Source of the DNA: an uncultured Acidobacteriota bacterium
Lineage (GTDB): Bacteria > Acidobacteriota > UBA6911
Length of the DNA: 64,000 nt
Direction: 5' to 3'
NCBI GenBank assembly: GCA_963843575.1
Contig: CAWJKZ010000014.1
Location: 320,001-384,000 of the forward strand
Made by a program: the position numbers and the translations under genes. The notes below the pieces were generated by a model. It did not search any database. It saw only the letters and a program-made list of their open reading frames with translations, and was not told where the DNA came from. This document shows positions 52,880 through 63,789 of the stretch, one piece after another (the first letter of the stretch is position 1; each line of letters begins with the position of its first letter).

Positions 52880-53743
52880 TCACCGGGATTCGTCGCGGTG
52901 AAGGATCCGGACTGTGGCCTTTTTCAGCTTCATCTGCCTCGCCAGCTCCTCGGCCACGAACACGGAGCGGTGCCGACCCCCGGTGCACCCGATCCCGACC
53001 GTCAGGTAACTTTTGCCTTCACGCACGTAGAACGGAACGAGATACCGCAGGAACGACGCCACGCGGCGCACGAAACCCGCCGTTTCGGGGAACTTGCGCA
53101 TGTAACGCGCCACCTTGCGGTCGCGCCCCGAGAGCGCCCTCAGGCCGCCGACGAAATAGGGGTTGGGCATGAAGCGCACGTCGAACAGCAAGTCGGCCTC
53201 GAGCGGTATCCCGTGCTTGTAGCCGAAGCTCAACAGGGTCACACCGAGACCGGCCGACCGGGGACGGGCGCGAAATTTGCTGGTCACCAGGGCCTTGACC
53301 TGGTGAATCGAGTAATCCGACGTGTCCACGATGACGTCGGCGACGTCGCGAATCTTGCGCAACCGCCTGCGCTCCAGGTGGATGGCGTCGCGAATAGGCC
53401 TTTCGGCGGTCAGCGGATGGGGTCGCCGGGTCTCGCTGAAGCGGCGCACCAGCACGTCGTCGCGCGCTTCGAGGTAGAGCACGAAGATCCGAAAGTCATT
53501 CTCGCGCAGAAGCGCCAGCGTCTTTTCCAGATCGCGCAGCCGCTCCCCCGCCCGGACGTCGATGACCAGCGCCACGCGCTCGACTTCGCCGCCGCTGACG
53601 TGGATTCCCTCGATGAACTTCGGGATGAGCTGCACGGGCAGGTTGTCGATGCAGAAGAATCCCATGTCCTCGAAAGCCTTCAGCACGGTGCCCTTACCCG
53701 AGCCGCTCATTCCCGTGACGACGACCAGGTCCTGCAGACTCAT
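52880..53743 (-). CDS. rapZ: RNase adapter RapZ (YhbJ/YvcJ family)
   Basis: TGMSGSGK, IDNLP, RRFSETRRPHP, SFGYKHG, DVRF, GCTGGRHRSV. Confidence 0.95.
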   Translation of the reverse strand: MSLQDLVVVTGMSGSGKGTVLKAFEDMGFFCIDNLPVQLIPKFIEGIHVSGGEVERVALVIDVRAGERLRDLEKTLALLRENDFRIFVLYLEARDDVLVRRFSETRRPHPLTAERPIRDAIHLERRRLRKIRDVADVIVDTSDYSIHQVKALVTSKFRARPRSAGLGVTLLSFGYKHGIPLEADLLFDVRFMPNPYFVGGLRALSGRDRKVARYMRKFPETAGFVRRVASFLRYLVPFYVREGKSYLTVGIGCTGGRHRSVFVAEELARQMKLKKATVRILHRDESR

Positions 53744-54729
53744 GACGCTCCGTCCGGCTCCGTGCTGCGGGTTCCCTCCCGGGGGGGCGCATCCCCCGAC
53801 ATTCTCAGCAGCGCCCGCGACGGCTGGTAACCGCGCTGTCGCAGGAGCTGTATCCGGGCCGCGATCTCGACGAGGGTAGCGACGTTTCTCCCGGGCGCAA
53901 CCGGCATCACGATCAGCGGAACCGCAATCCCCAGGAACTCCAGGTGCGATCGATCGAGCCCCAGCCGGTCGTAGTCGGCATCGGGGTGCCATCGCTCCAA
54001 TCGTACGGCAAGGTCAAGAGAATGAGCGGCGCCCGTGGCTGAAATACCGAACAGGTCCTTGATGTCGATCACCCCCAGGCCGCGCAACTCCATGTGATGA
54101 CGGAGCACCGCGCCCGCGCAACCGATGAGACGGTCCGTCCCTCGGCGGATCAACTCGACGGCGTCATCGGCAATCAGCCTGTGTCCCTTGAGAATAAGCT
54201 CGAGCGCACACTCGCTCTTCCCGATGCCCGAGGGCCCGAGCAGGAGCACCCCCAGCTCAAACACCTCGACCAGCACGCCGTGAACCGTGAAGTGCGGAGC
54301 GAGGCGTTCTTCCAGGTACGCGGTGATCCGCGCAACGGCCAGCGAACTCACCACCGCCGTGCGCAGCAGCGCGATCTTCTCCCTTACGCTCAACTCCAGG
54401 AGACCGTGGGGTGCCTCCAACCCCTTCAAGAGCACGATGCAGCAAATCCCCGTCCCCGCGAGGCGTTCGAGCGCGGCCGCGCGCCCCGCCGCGTCGAGCA
54501 TCCGCAGGTAGTTGATTTCGCTGGCACCCATCACCTGCACGCGATCGGGATGGATGTAGCCCGTGAAGCCGGCCAGGGCCAAGCCGAGTTTCTGAATGCG
54601 GGCGGAACGGATTTCCCGGGCCAGGCTCTCCCCGCCGTGCAGTATCTCGAAATCGAGGTGGGTCTCGCTGGCCGACGCGAACTCGCCGACGGCGACGGTT
54701 TCCCCCTCAGGCCGCACAGGATCAGTCAT
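53740..54729 (-). CDS. hprK: HPr(Ser) kinase/phosphorylase
   Basis: GLALAGF, HGVLV, GPSGIGKSE, LIADD, ELRGLG, PGRN. Confidence 0.95.
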   Translation of the reverse strand: MTDPVRPEGETVAVGEFASASETHLDFEILHGGESLAREIRSARIQKLGLALAGFTGYIHPDRVQVMGASEINYLRMLDAAGRAAALERLAGTGICCIVLLKGLEAPHGLLELSVREKIALLRTAVVSSLAVARITAYLEERLAPHFTVHGVLVEVFELGVLLLGPSGIGKSECALELILKGHRLIADDAVELIRRGTDRLIGCAGAVLRHHMELRGLGVIDIKDLFGISATGAAHSLDLAVRLERWHPDADYDRLGLDRSHLEFLGIAVPLIVMPVAPGRNVATLVEIAARIQLLRQRGYQPSRALLRMSGDAPPREGTRSTEPDGAS

Positions 54730-54781
54730 AGCCGTGGCCGGCTTGCGCGCGCCGGCCCCCAATGTCGAGACTGGGAAGCGG

Positions 54782-55318
54782 TCAGGCGTGAATCAGGCCC
54801 AGAGACCCGTCCTTGCGCCGGTAAAGCACGTTGACGTCCCCGGACTCGACGTTGCGGAAGACCACGAAAGGGTAATCCGAGTGGCCGAGTTCCAGGACGG
54901 CCTCTTCGACGGCCATCGGCTTCTTGTGGGCCTCCTCGTCGAGGATGCCGCCGCCGCGCCGGGCCGAGGTGCGTTTCGCCGCCGTTGTCCCCGACTTTTC
55001 GGCCACGGACTTTGCCTTAGCCCTCTGCCTGTTGGTCTCTATCCTCTTGCTCTTGTGTTTCAGGGTCTGGCGCTGCAGCTTTTCGATGGCCCTGAGAATC
55101 GAGGCGTACATGTCGTCGGTTTCGCCCTTGCAGGTCAGGTCCAGCAGCTTGGACTTGAGCAGGAGCTCCGCTGTGTGGCGGTCCTTCTCCACACCGATGA
55201 TGACGTGAAAGCTGGCATCCTCCCCCACAATCCGGCCAAATTTCCGGATTCGCTTCAGCACATAAGATCGGATTGCCGGAGTGATGACGACGTGCCTGCC
55301 CGTGATCTCCACGTTCAT
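54782..55318 (-). CDS. hpf: Long ribosome hibernation promoting factor
   Basis: ITGRH, DMYASI, KPMAVEEA, NVLYRRKDG. Confidence 0.92.
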   Translation of the reverse strand: MNVEITGRHVVITPAIRSYVLKRIRKFGRIVGEDASFHVIIGVEKDRHTAELLLKSKLLDLTCKGETDDMYASILRAIEKLQRQTLKHKSKRIETNRQRAKAKSVAEKSGTTAAKRTSARRGGGILDEEAHKKPMAVEEAVLELGHSDYPFVVFRNVESGDVNVLYRRKDGSLGLIHA

Positions 55319-55405
55319 CGTGCTGTTCCCTCTGAAAAGGATCGGGTGCTTGTCCGCGCCCCGGGATTTCGTGCAGCGGCGGGCGCCCGGTTCTTCCGGG
55401 CCACG

Positions 55406-56863
55406 TCAGAACAGATAACCTATCTTCCGCTCTCGCGAACCAGGTATCTGCATTTGTTCCCGGTATTTAGCGACGGTGCGTCGAGTGATATACATGTTTT
55501 CGCGCCGGAGCAATTGCCCGATCTGATTATCCGAGTACGGCTTGGCCTTGTGCTCGTTTTCAATGAGCTTCCTGATCTTCAGCTTTACCTGGACAATCGA
55601 GAGTTCCTCGCCATCGGGGCTCTCGACCCCCATCGTGAAGAACTTCCGCAGTTCCATGACCCCTTGCGGCGTGTCCACATACTTGTTTGTCACCACGCGG
55701 CTGATGGTAGAGCTGTGAACACCGAGTTCGCTGGCGACATCCTTGATGAGCATCGGGTGCAGGGCCGACGGCCCCTGCTCGAGGAATTCCCTCTGCCGGT
55801 TCACGATGCAGGCACAGACCTTGTAGATCGTCTGCTTGCGCTGGTTGACGCTGCGCAGCAGGTCGACCGCCGAGCGGAACTTCTCCCGCAGAAAGGTCTT
55901 GGTCTCTCCGGAAACTCCGTTGCTTTTCAGCAGCTCCTTGTATCCGGCGTTGAGGCGGAGCTGAGGCATGCCCTCGTCGTTCTGAAGAATCACGAACTCG
56001 TCGCCCACCTTGGCGATGGTGACCTCGGGCTGCACGTAGGTGGCCTTCTGGCCGTTGTACTTCTGGCCCGGCTTCGGGATCAGATGCTTGATGACGTCGA
56101 CGGCCTTGAGCACATCGTCGAAGGTCGAGCCGGTCTTGGCGGCAATTTCCTTGAACTTGTGATTCTCGAGCAGCGCCAGATGCTCCCGGACAATGGCGCC
56201 GGCCAGGGAGTCCTGCAATCCCATGCTCTCCAGCTGCAGCAGCAGGCACTCCCGCAGGTCCCGGGCGGCGATGCCGATGGGGTCGAGGGCCTGGACAGCC
56301 TTCAGCGCGGCTTCGGCCTCTTCGGGCGTGCACCCGGTCAGGCCGCACAGTTCATCGAGGGTCAGCAGCAGATAGCCGTCATCGTTGATGTTGCCGATGA
56401 TCTCCCCGGCGATTTCAACGATCCTGGGCGTAGCGTCCGACAGGCCCAGCTGCCATTCGAGGTGGTCCTGCAAGGAGGGCGGTCGAACCAGGAACGTCTC
56501 GAAGGAGGGTCGTTCCGAGTCTTCGACCTCACGGTTCTTATACCCGGTGTCGAGATATTCATCAAAAAAGTATCGGAAATCGATTTCATCAAACGAGTCG
56601 CGCTCCCCGGTTTCGGCGGCTTCGGTGCGGGGCGGTTCCTCGGCGGGCCGTTCCTCGGTGACCCCGGCCTCCTTGGGCACTTCCGTTTCCACAACCTCTT
56701 CCAGGATAGGGTTTTCCATCAATTCCTGGTTGAGCATCTCCTGCAATTCCAGTTTGTTCAATTGCAGCAGCTCGATCTTCTGGAGCAGGGACGGGGTCAG
56801 AGCGAGCCTCTGGCTGAGCCTGATGTCCAGAGATTGCCGCAAGTGTTGTCTGCGAGTGTTCAT
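55406..56863 (-). CDS. rpoN: RNA polymerase sigma-54 factor
   Basis: LLQL..LEL..ENP, DPIGIAARDLRECL, HSSTISR, SDNQI, RpoN box RRTVAKYRE. Confidence 0.97.
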   Translation of the reverse strand: MNTRRQHLRQSLDIRLSQRLALTPSLLQKIELLQLNKLELQEMLNQELMENPILEEVVETEVPKEAGVTEERPAEEPPRTEAAETGERDSFDEIDFRYFFDEYLDTGYKNREVEDSERPSFETFLVRPPSLQDHLEWQLGLSDATPRIVEIAGEIIGNINDDGYLLLTLDELCGLTGCTPEEAEAALKAVQALDPIGIAARDLRECLLLQLESMGLQDSLAGAIVREHLALLENHKFKEIAAKTGSTFDDVLKAVDVIKHLIPKPGQKYNGQKATYVQPEVTIAKVGDEFVILQNDEGMPQLRLNAGYKELLKSNGVSGETKTFLREKFRSAVDLLRSVNQRKQTIYKVCACIVNRQREFLEQGPSALHPMLIKDVASELGVHSSTISRVVTNKYVDTPQGVMELRKFFTMGVESPDGEELSIVQVKLKIRKLIENEHKAKPYSDNQIGQLLRRENMYITRRTVAKYREQMQIPGSRERKIGYLF

Positions 56864-56867
56864 ACCG

Positions 56868-57596
56868 TCAGATCAATCTGAAATTCTCGCCGAGATAGAC
56901 CTTCTTAACCTCTTCGTCGCTCGTCAGTTCCTCCGGAGAACCATCGCGTAAGATCTTACCGTCGTTTATTATATAGGCACGGTCGGTGATATTCAAAGTC
57001 TCCCTGACGTTGTGGTCTGTGATGAGAATCCCGATGTTCCGAGCCTTGAGGCGCCCGATGATCCTCTGGATGTCGAGCACCGCAAGCGGGTCGATACCGG
57101 CAAACGGTTCGTCGAGGAGGACGAACTTGGGGGTCAGAACCAGTGCCCGGGCGATTTCCAGCCGGCGCCGCTCGCCCCCTGATAGCGTATAGGCACCCTG
57201 CCCGCGCAAGTGTTCGATGCCAAACTCCTTGAGAAGATCCGTCACGCCTATCTGGAGTTTTTGCGGTGTTCCCGGGAGTGTTTCCGCTATGCTGCGGAGG
57301 TTTTCATCAACTGTGAGCTTTCTGAAGACCGAGGGTTCCTGCGGAAGGTAACTGATGCCGCAGCGGGCCCGCTGATACATCGGCACCGACGTGATGTCGT
57401 CGCCGTTGAAGATCACCTGACCGCTGTCGGGGGCGATGAGCCCAACAATCATGTAGAACGTCGTGGTCTTGCCCGCGCCGTTCGGACCGAGCAGCCCAAC
57501 CACCTCACCCTGGAGCAGTTCCAGATTTACCTCATCCACCACCCTTCTGCCCCGATAGGACTTGCTCAGTCCACGGGTCTTCAATTTGCTTGTCAT
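56868..57596 (-). CDS. lptB: LPS export ABC ATPase
   Basis: [50 protein letters not shown]. Confidence 0.96.
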   Translation of the reverse strand: MTSKLKTRGLSKSYRGRRVVDEVNLELLQGEVVGLLGPNGAGKTTTFYMIVGLIAPDSGQVIFNGDDITSVPMYQRARCGISYLPQEPSVFRKLTVDENLRSIAETLPGTPQKLQIGVTDLLKEFGIEHLRGQGAYTLSGGERRRLEIARALVLTPKFVLLDEPFAGIDPLAVLDIQRIIGRLKARNIGILITDHNVRETLNITDRAYIINDGKILRDGSPEELTSDEEVKKVYLGENFRLI

Positions 57597-57636
57597 TTAG
57601 AAATAATTCATAATAAATAACATAAGTCGCTGAATT

Positions 57637-60123
57637 TCAACGGTTTTCGAGGAGAATCCTATCATCCGAGGTAAAGAAAGTCAATCGACGCGCCTGCGAC
57701 TTTCCTCGGGCGGGATCGCGGATTTCGGCAAGGTTGCCCGTGACCACGAATTTTCCCGGCGCAAGGTAGTATTCACCCTGATCGCCCTTGGCCTCCCGTC
57801 CGGCCTGCAGGATGTTCAGCTTCCCCCGCGCGGTCGCCCGTTCGATCCGCCTCCCTTCGGCGTCGAAGGCGGCGTCCAAGCTGTCGGAGGAAAGGCGGAG
57901 GTCCTCGGACTCGAGCGTGACTTCTCCCGAGTAGTGGATCGTGTTTTCTTTCTTGGCGTATTTGAGCTGCGCGGCGCGGATGAGCATGGGCTTCGACTCT
58001 CTTCCTTCGGCGCGCGGCGGCGGGTTCTTTCCGGCGGAGTTCGCCGTTCCCCGGCGGACGACAAGGTGTCGGACCTGTCCCTGGGCTTCGACCTGGTCGC
58101 CGGAGTCCCTGATCTCGAGGGTCTCTGCCTGAAGCTGGCTGCTTTCCGACAGCATCTGGACGGAACCGGCGTATCGGGCGCGTGAGTCGGCGGTCCAGTA
58201 CTGCATGTGTTCGGCCGTAACGACGCTGGGGGCGGAACCAGCCGTGGTCGCTCCGAAGGGCGTGTTCTGCCCGGCGCCCCTGGTCCCGAGAACGGATCGG
58301 ACGCGGCGTTTCACCGTCAGGATTTTGCCTCTCTCGTCATACTCGATCGTCTCGCCGGTCGTCGTGCTGCCGGCATCGACGATCCGGGGCGACTCCCGCA
58401 GCAGCAGGGCGCCGGTGCGGGCATCGTAGTCACCGCGGCCAGCGGTTGCCGACCTCGCGCCGTCCTGGTAGCTGAAGGCCCCCCATTGTGCCAGGGACTC
58501 GGCGCTGCCGTCTTGCGGGGCAAAGGTCGCTTTGATGTTGGCGCTGGACGTTTGGATGTCCTGGGCGGGGGCTTCCTGGGCGGGATCGGGCGGCCTCCGG
58601 TAGAAGACGCGCACGTTGCCTGCCCCGGTGAACTCGCGCAGGCGGTTTACGCCCGGGAAAAACAGGAAGTGCACGGTGTCGGCATGCAAACGACGAAATT
58701 CGGTCCGGTCGGCCTGTGCCGCCTGCAGCCCTTCCAGCACCACGTTCCCGGTGGCGTCCCCCGACTCCAAGGCTATTCCGGATTCCGCATAGCGCAGCAC
58801 CAGTCCCGAAGCCGTGAGACTCCGTCCAGCCTGGGTCTGCTTCCCTTTCTGGTCCGTCACGGGCGCCGACGTCCACTGGACGCTCCCTTGCGCATCAAGT
58901 TGCCGAGGGACGTTGCGCTGTTCGTAGGTGCCGAACCGGAGCCGCAGGTCGTCTGCCCTCAACTCGTCGGAGGTCCCCTGTTGCGCGCCCCGTGTCGACA
59001 TGCGGGCCCCTCCCCAGACATGGACCTGCTCGAGGAGGTTTCCCCCGGGGACGAAACCGGATTCGAGCCGGTTTCCCGACACGCTCGTCGACTCCGCCCC
59101 CCGGGTCAGCGTGAACTCGACGCCAGCGCTGCTGTCTATCTTGAGGGGCAGACCCCGCTCCACGTCCATCTGCACGTGGATTTCACCCCCCTGGAGTTGC
59201 TGCCGGCCGGAGTCGGAATCGGAGGAGAACCGCGCGTTCCCGAACACATCGATGCGCTCGAGGGCTCCGGGCGGATCCACGATTCTGAAATCGATGCGGT
59301 CGCCCTGGAGGAGGCGGCGGTCGGCGTCGTTCTTCGATTCGTAGGAGGCGTTGCCTTGGGACATGAGCGACGTGAGACGTTTGCGGTCGGCCGTGAAGCG
59401 TGCCTCGATGTCGTCGCCGGAGAGCGACGAGGTCTCTGAATCGAGATGCGACCGCCCGCGGAAAACGATCAGCAGGTCCGATTCGGAGTAGTACCCGGCG
59501 TCGGACGTCACGTGCACGTTTTCGACCGCATGGGTGCCATCCGGACGGGCGATGGGCCGCTGCAGTACGAAATCCAGGTCTCCCTTCAGGTCGAGTATCC
59601 GGCGCGTGCTGTCGTAGCGCGCCGATTGAGCTCGTCCCCTTGCCTGCTCCGACTCGAACAGCAATCCGTCATTGGTCTCGCCGATGTTGTTCGGCATATC
59701 GTAAAGAAGCGTTTCCGTCCTGAGCACCACGCCGGTGCCGACGGCGATCCTGACGTCGTGCTGAAAACGGGCCCTGCGCCCCTCGCGGTCGTACTCGGCA
59801 TTGCGGCTGCGGATCTGGTTCCGAACCGATCCGTCCGGGTTGAAGTCGAACGCCTCGATCCCTTGCAGCAGGCTTTTGCCCTGACGCGTTTCGAGCAGTT
59901 TCTCGGCGCGCAGCCTGAAGCGTGTGACGCCGTTTTCGTTCTCCGAGTATTCGATGGAATCCGCGGACCGGATCATCTCTGAGCTGAGGATCTGGGCCGT
60001 CCGCTGGACCATGCGCGCGCGCGCGCGCCAAGTCTGCACCCAGTTGATCGCAACCGCCACGAGGACCACGGCAATCAGGGCGATCAGGGAGCGGCGAAGC
60101 AGTTTTATGCCGGTGAGGTGCAA
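57637..60123 (-). CDS. Large LptC/LptA-like periplasmic LPS transport protein (multiple OstA/LptA-type beta repeats)
   Basis: One N-terminal TM helix, then about 790 aa of repeating beta motifs (AEYD, F.G.V, L.GD.I, A.GNV); directly upstream of lptB; no separate lptA in view. Confidence 0.8.
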   Translation of the reverse strand: MHLTGIKLLRRSLIALIAVVLVAVAINWVQTWRARARMVQRTAQILSSEMIRSADSIEYSENENGVTRFRLRAEKLLETRQGKSLLQGIEAFDFNPDGSVRNQIRSRNAEYDREGRRARFQHDVRIAVGTGVVLRTETLLYDMPNNIGETNDGLLFESEQARGRAQSARYDSTRRILDLKGDLDFVLQRPIARPDGTHAVENVHVTSDAGYYSESDLLIVFRGRSHLDSETSSLSGDDIEARFTADRKRLTSLMSQGNASYESKNDADRRLLQGDRIDFRIVDPPGALERIDVFGNARFSSDSDSGRQQLQGGEIHVQMDVERGLPLKIDSSAGVEFTLTRGAESTSVSGNRLESGFVPGGNLLEQVHVWGGARMSTRGAQQGTSDELRADDLRLRFGTYEQRNVPRQLDAQGSVQWTSAPVTDQKGKQTQAGRSLTASGLVLRYAESGIALESGDATGNVVLEGLQAAQADRTEFRRLHADTVHFLFFPGVNRLREFTGAGNVRVFYRRPPDPAQEAPAQDIQTSSANIKATFAPQDGSAESLAQWGAFSYQDGARSATAGRGDYDARTGALLLRESPRIVDAGSTTTGETIEYDERGKILTVKRRVRSVLGTRGAGQNTPFGATTAGSAPSVVTAEHMQYWTADSRARYAGSVQMLSESSQLQAETLEIRDSGDQVEAQGQVRHLVVRRGTANSAGKNPPPRAEGRESKPMLIRAAQLKYAKKENTIHYSGEVTLESEDLRLSSDSLDAAFDAEGRRIERATARGKLNILQAGREAKGDQGEYYLAPGKFVVTGNLAEIRDPARGKSQARRLTFFTSDDRILLENR

Positions 60124-60154
60124 GCCATCTCCTGTGCGTTTTAGCCAAAAGCGA

Positions 60155-60184
60155 AGTATAGGGGTCCGCAGCGGAGCGAGTCAA
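60155..60184 (-). promoter_or_regulatory. Probable sigma70 promoter of lptC/A-lptB-rpoN
   Basis: TTGACT-N18-TATACT on the minus strand. Confidence 0.55.
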
Positions 60185-60300
60185 CGAAGGGCGGGGTCAC
60201 CGGAGAGGCCGCGGCGCACCGTTCGCTTTCGCCGGCGCGGAGCCGCGGGCACGGCGCTCATCGATCAGGTCCTTCCGGGCGGCCTTCCCGGCATGGCAGG

Positions 60301-61032
60301 TTACTTCGGCAGGGACCGCGCATAATAGTTGAGCGGCGTGACCTGTCTGGAGGGAACCTTGACCTGCCAGATATAGGGCACGTCTGCCTTGTCGGCAACC
60401 TGCGTGAACGTGAGCCGAACGAGAAAAGTCTCCTCGTCCGTTCTGGCTGCCGCCCATTCTTTGAACCGCAGTGCCGGATCCTTCCCCTGGATCATGCCCG
60501 CCACGGTTTCGCTCAACTGCACCAGCAGGTCGAAAGCCTCCCGCTCGATCTTGCCCTGGCGGTAGACGGGTTCCGCATCCGCCGCGCTCCCCCGGTCTTC
60601 CCCGGACGAATCGGAACCCGCAGGCGCCGCACCTGTTTGAGGCAAGGTCACCACGGGGGGCCGAGCCCCGGTTCCGTAGACCCGGTCGGCCGAGGGGATG
60701 AAGTAGGGTGCGGCGTTCGCACGGGGCAACACGGGGATTTCGTACTCCTTGGGAAACTCGCTCGTGTTTTCGCCTACACGGGCCATCAGGGGGGGAGGCC
60801 CCTGGCCTGGCCGGAGCGCGTCTTCCAAGACCTGCACCCGGGTCGACAGGCGCTGCCTGAGCGCCGGAACCCCAACTATCGGCAGCCCGGCCGCCGCGAC
60901 AAAGACCAGCAGCCCCAGGTAAAACCAATACCTGAAGCGCTCCGCCCGAGCCTGGCGGCGACTCAAGAACAAAGGGCGCGAGCGCAGGCCGAACGCCTGC
61001 GACTTCAGATCCTCGTTGTCCCTGTCGGCCAT
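60301..61032 (-). CDS. Membrane-anchored hypothetical protein
   Basis: GGAGG RBS; TM helix WFYLGLLVFVAAAGLPIVG; Pro-rich linker; C-terminal globular segment. Confidence 0.7.
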   Translation of the reverse strand: MADRDNEDLKSQAFGLRSRPLFLSRRQARAERFRYWFYLGLLVFVAAAGLPIVGVPALRQRLSTRVQVLEDALRPGQGPPPLMARVGENTSEFPKEYEIPVLPRANAAPYFIPSADRVYGTGARPPVVTLPQTGAAPAGSDSSGEDRGSAADAEPVYRQGKIEREAFDLLVQLSETVAGMIQGKDPALRFKEWAAARTDEETFLVRLTFTQVADKADVPYIWQVKVPSRQVTPLNYYARSLPK

Positions 61033-61043
61033 GGACCCTCCCC

Positions 61044-62160
61044 CTATTTTGCCGCCAAATCGCGCTTTCGGCCTTCGCGGTAGACCAGGTACTGGTAAAT
61101 GAAGCCGTCGATGTCGCCGTCGAGCACGCGATCGGTGTCCGAGCTCTCGTACTTGGTGCGATGGTCCTTCACCATCCGATACGGGTGAAGTACGTAGGAC
61201 CGGATCTGGCTCCCCCAGGCGATGTCCAGCTTCGAATCCTCCACCGCCTGAAGTTCCTTGCGCTTCTTCTCGAGTTCCAGATCATAGATTCTGGCCCGGA
61301 GAATCTTCCGGGCCATCTCCCGGTTCCGGATCTGCGAGCGCTCGTTCTGGCAGGAAACCACGATCCCTGTAGGGAGGTGGGTGATGCGGACAGCCGAATC
61401 GGTGACATTCACGTGCTGCCCCCCCGCCCCGGAAGACCTGTAGGTGTCGATGCGCAGGTCCTTCTCCTCAATCTTGACCTCGATCTCATCGTCGATGTCG
61501 GGGTAGACGAAAACCGAGGCGAAGCTCGTGTGACGGCGCGCGGCGGCGTCGAAGGGCGAGATCCGGACCAGGCGGTGCACTCCGATTTCGGCCGACAGGT
61601 TCCCGAAGGCGAACTCCCCCTTGACCAGGAAAGTCGCCGACTTGATCCCCGCCTCTTCCCCCTGCTGATAGTCCAGCGTTTCGGTGGCGTAGCCCGAGCG
61701 CTCGGCCCAGCGCAGGTACATGCGGACGAGCATCTCCGCCCAGTCCTGGGACTCTGTCCCCCCCGCCCCCGGGTGGATGGTCACGATCGCATCGGCGCGA
61801 TCGTGCGGGCCCGACAGGAGCATCCGGATCTCGGTGTGCTGGACTTCGTGATCCAGGCGTTCCACTTCGCTCCGGAGATCGGGGAGGACATCCTCCCCCT
61901 CCGAAGCCAGCTCGAGCAGCGCCTTGAGGTCCGCTGCGTCCCGCGCCAGCCCGGCATCCAACTCCACGTCCACCTCGAGCCGCCGGCGAGCCTGCATCGT
62001 GACCTGCGCGGTCTCCTGGTTGCTCCAGAACTCCGGATGAGCTACCTTCTTTTCGAGTTCGGCAAGCTCCGCGCGCTTCCGATCCGCGTCAAAGATAACC
62101 CCGTATCTGACCGATCTTCTCTTCTATGGCGGCAGCCTTGTCGCGCAGCTCTTCCAACAT
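61044..62160 (-). CDS. prfB: Peptide chain release factor 2 with programmed +1 frameshift
   Basis: MLEELRDK...IRGYL then CTT TGA C at 62094-62088 with an upstream GGGG SD-like run; GGTES, SPF and GGQ motifs. Confidence 0.96.
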
Positions 62161-62239
62161 GCCCATTCCTCTTTCTGGGTTGCCGTGTACCAGTGTTGTT
62201 TCCCGCGTCGTGAAAGGAGGGGCCGGGATTCCCCTGGGC

Positions 62240-63782
62240 TCATCGGCCCCTCTGCTGCCTGCTTCGGAGCCCGAGACAGCGGAACCACAACAAAATAGAA
62301 ATGATAGCACAGACGATGCAGAACCAGTCGCCGTATCGGGTGTAAACCGTCCGGGTGGAAATGAACGCAAATCTGCCGATACAGACATCCTCCTTCAGCA
62401 GTGCGGTGGCGGTCTGAATCCGGCCGGTCGGTTCGATGACGGCCGAGATCCCCGAATTGGCGGCGCGCAAGAGGTAGCGCCGGTTCTCGAGCGCTCGCCA
62501 TCGGGCAATCTCCAGGTGCTGGTACGGAGCGGCCGTGGCCCCATACCAGCCGTCGTTGGTCAGGTTGAGGAACAGCTCGCTCCCCCGACACGCGAAGTCC
62601 CGCGAGACCTCGGGAAAGACTGCCTCGAAGCAGATTATGGCGCTCGCCAGGTGCCCGTCCAACCGCGCCGTGACGTATTCGGTGCCGGGGTGGAAGTCGC
62701 TCACATCCTTTGTGATCGACTCGGCGAAGAACAACAGGCGCCTCAGCGGCACGTATTCTCCAAAGGGGACCAGGTGGAGCTTATCGTAGCGCGCCACTTC
62801 CCTGCCGTGCCGGTCAAGAAAATAGGCACTGTTGTAATAGCGGCGGCTCGGCCCGTCGGCGGACTGGGCGATGTTGTTGAACACGACCCCGAGCGGGAAG
62901 CGGCGCGCCAGTTCCTGCATCGAGGCGCGGTAGTCCGCGTCGTACTGGAAGGTCAGGGGCGACGGCGACTCCGGTAGGACGAGGAGGTCGACGCCCGCGG
63001 GCAGCGCCGCCGCCATCCGGGGATACTCGTGCAGGAATTTCGACGCCAGCGCCTCCCCGGTCTCGTCCAACGACAGGTTCGCCTGCAGCAACGCGGCCCG
63101 GCGGTCCGGCTTGACTTCGTCCCACCGCCGGATCGCCCGCCCGCCGTACAGCAGCGCAGCCGCGCAGAGAGCGGCCGTGACAACGGACGGCCACAGGGCG
63201 GCGAAAGAGCGCAGCCTGCGGCGGTAGATCCACAGCCGGCACAGGGCCGTGTTCGAGGCGGCGACCAGGAAGGAGACGCCGTAGACCCCGGTCAAGTCGG
63301 CGATCTGTATCATCCGCGGATAGTCCGTCTGTGAATACCCGGTCAGCAGCCACGGGAAGCCGCCGAAGAAGTATGTAATTGCTGGCATACTCCAGCGCGA
63401 CCCAGACGCACGGGAAGGCGAGCAGCCAACGCTCGCCGTCACGAGCCATCATCGAGCGCAGCAAGGCGCACGCAGCGGTGGGGAACGACGCCTGCATGAC
63501 GACGAGCAAGCCGAACAGCACCCAGGACAACGCGACCGGGATTCCCGCCGTAGCGGGCCAGGACAGGCGGGATCCAGATGCAGCACGGCAAGGTGCCGCA
63601 CGGCGCCGGCCATCAGACCGCAGACAGCGGCGTCGCGGATGCTGCGGCGACCGCACCACTGCCAGCAGCAGCGGCCCAAACGCGAGCCAGGCCAGATAGC
63701 CCTGGTCGACGCGAGGAAAAGACGCGAACTGAAGAATGCCGGAGAGAGCCGGCAGCAGGAATAATCGTGCGGTCGGAGACAC
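62240..63782 (-). CDS. lnt: Apolipoprotein N-acyltransferase, several frameshifts
   Basis: WVALEY, GGFPWLL.GYSQ, VLPES, YDKLHLVPFGEY, ICFEAVF, TNDGWYG, RALENRR, ANSGISA. Confidence 0.92.
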
Positions 63783-63789
63783 GGGGTCG

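Noticed and set aside
55320-55405. Sigma54 promoter upstream of hpf
   Set aside because: No properly spaced TGGCAC-N5-TTGC (-24/-12) could be found.
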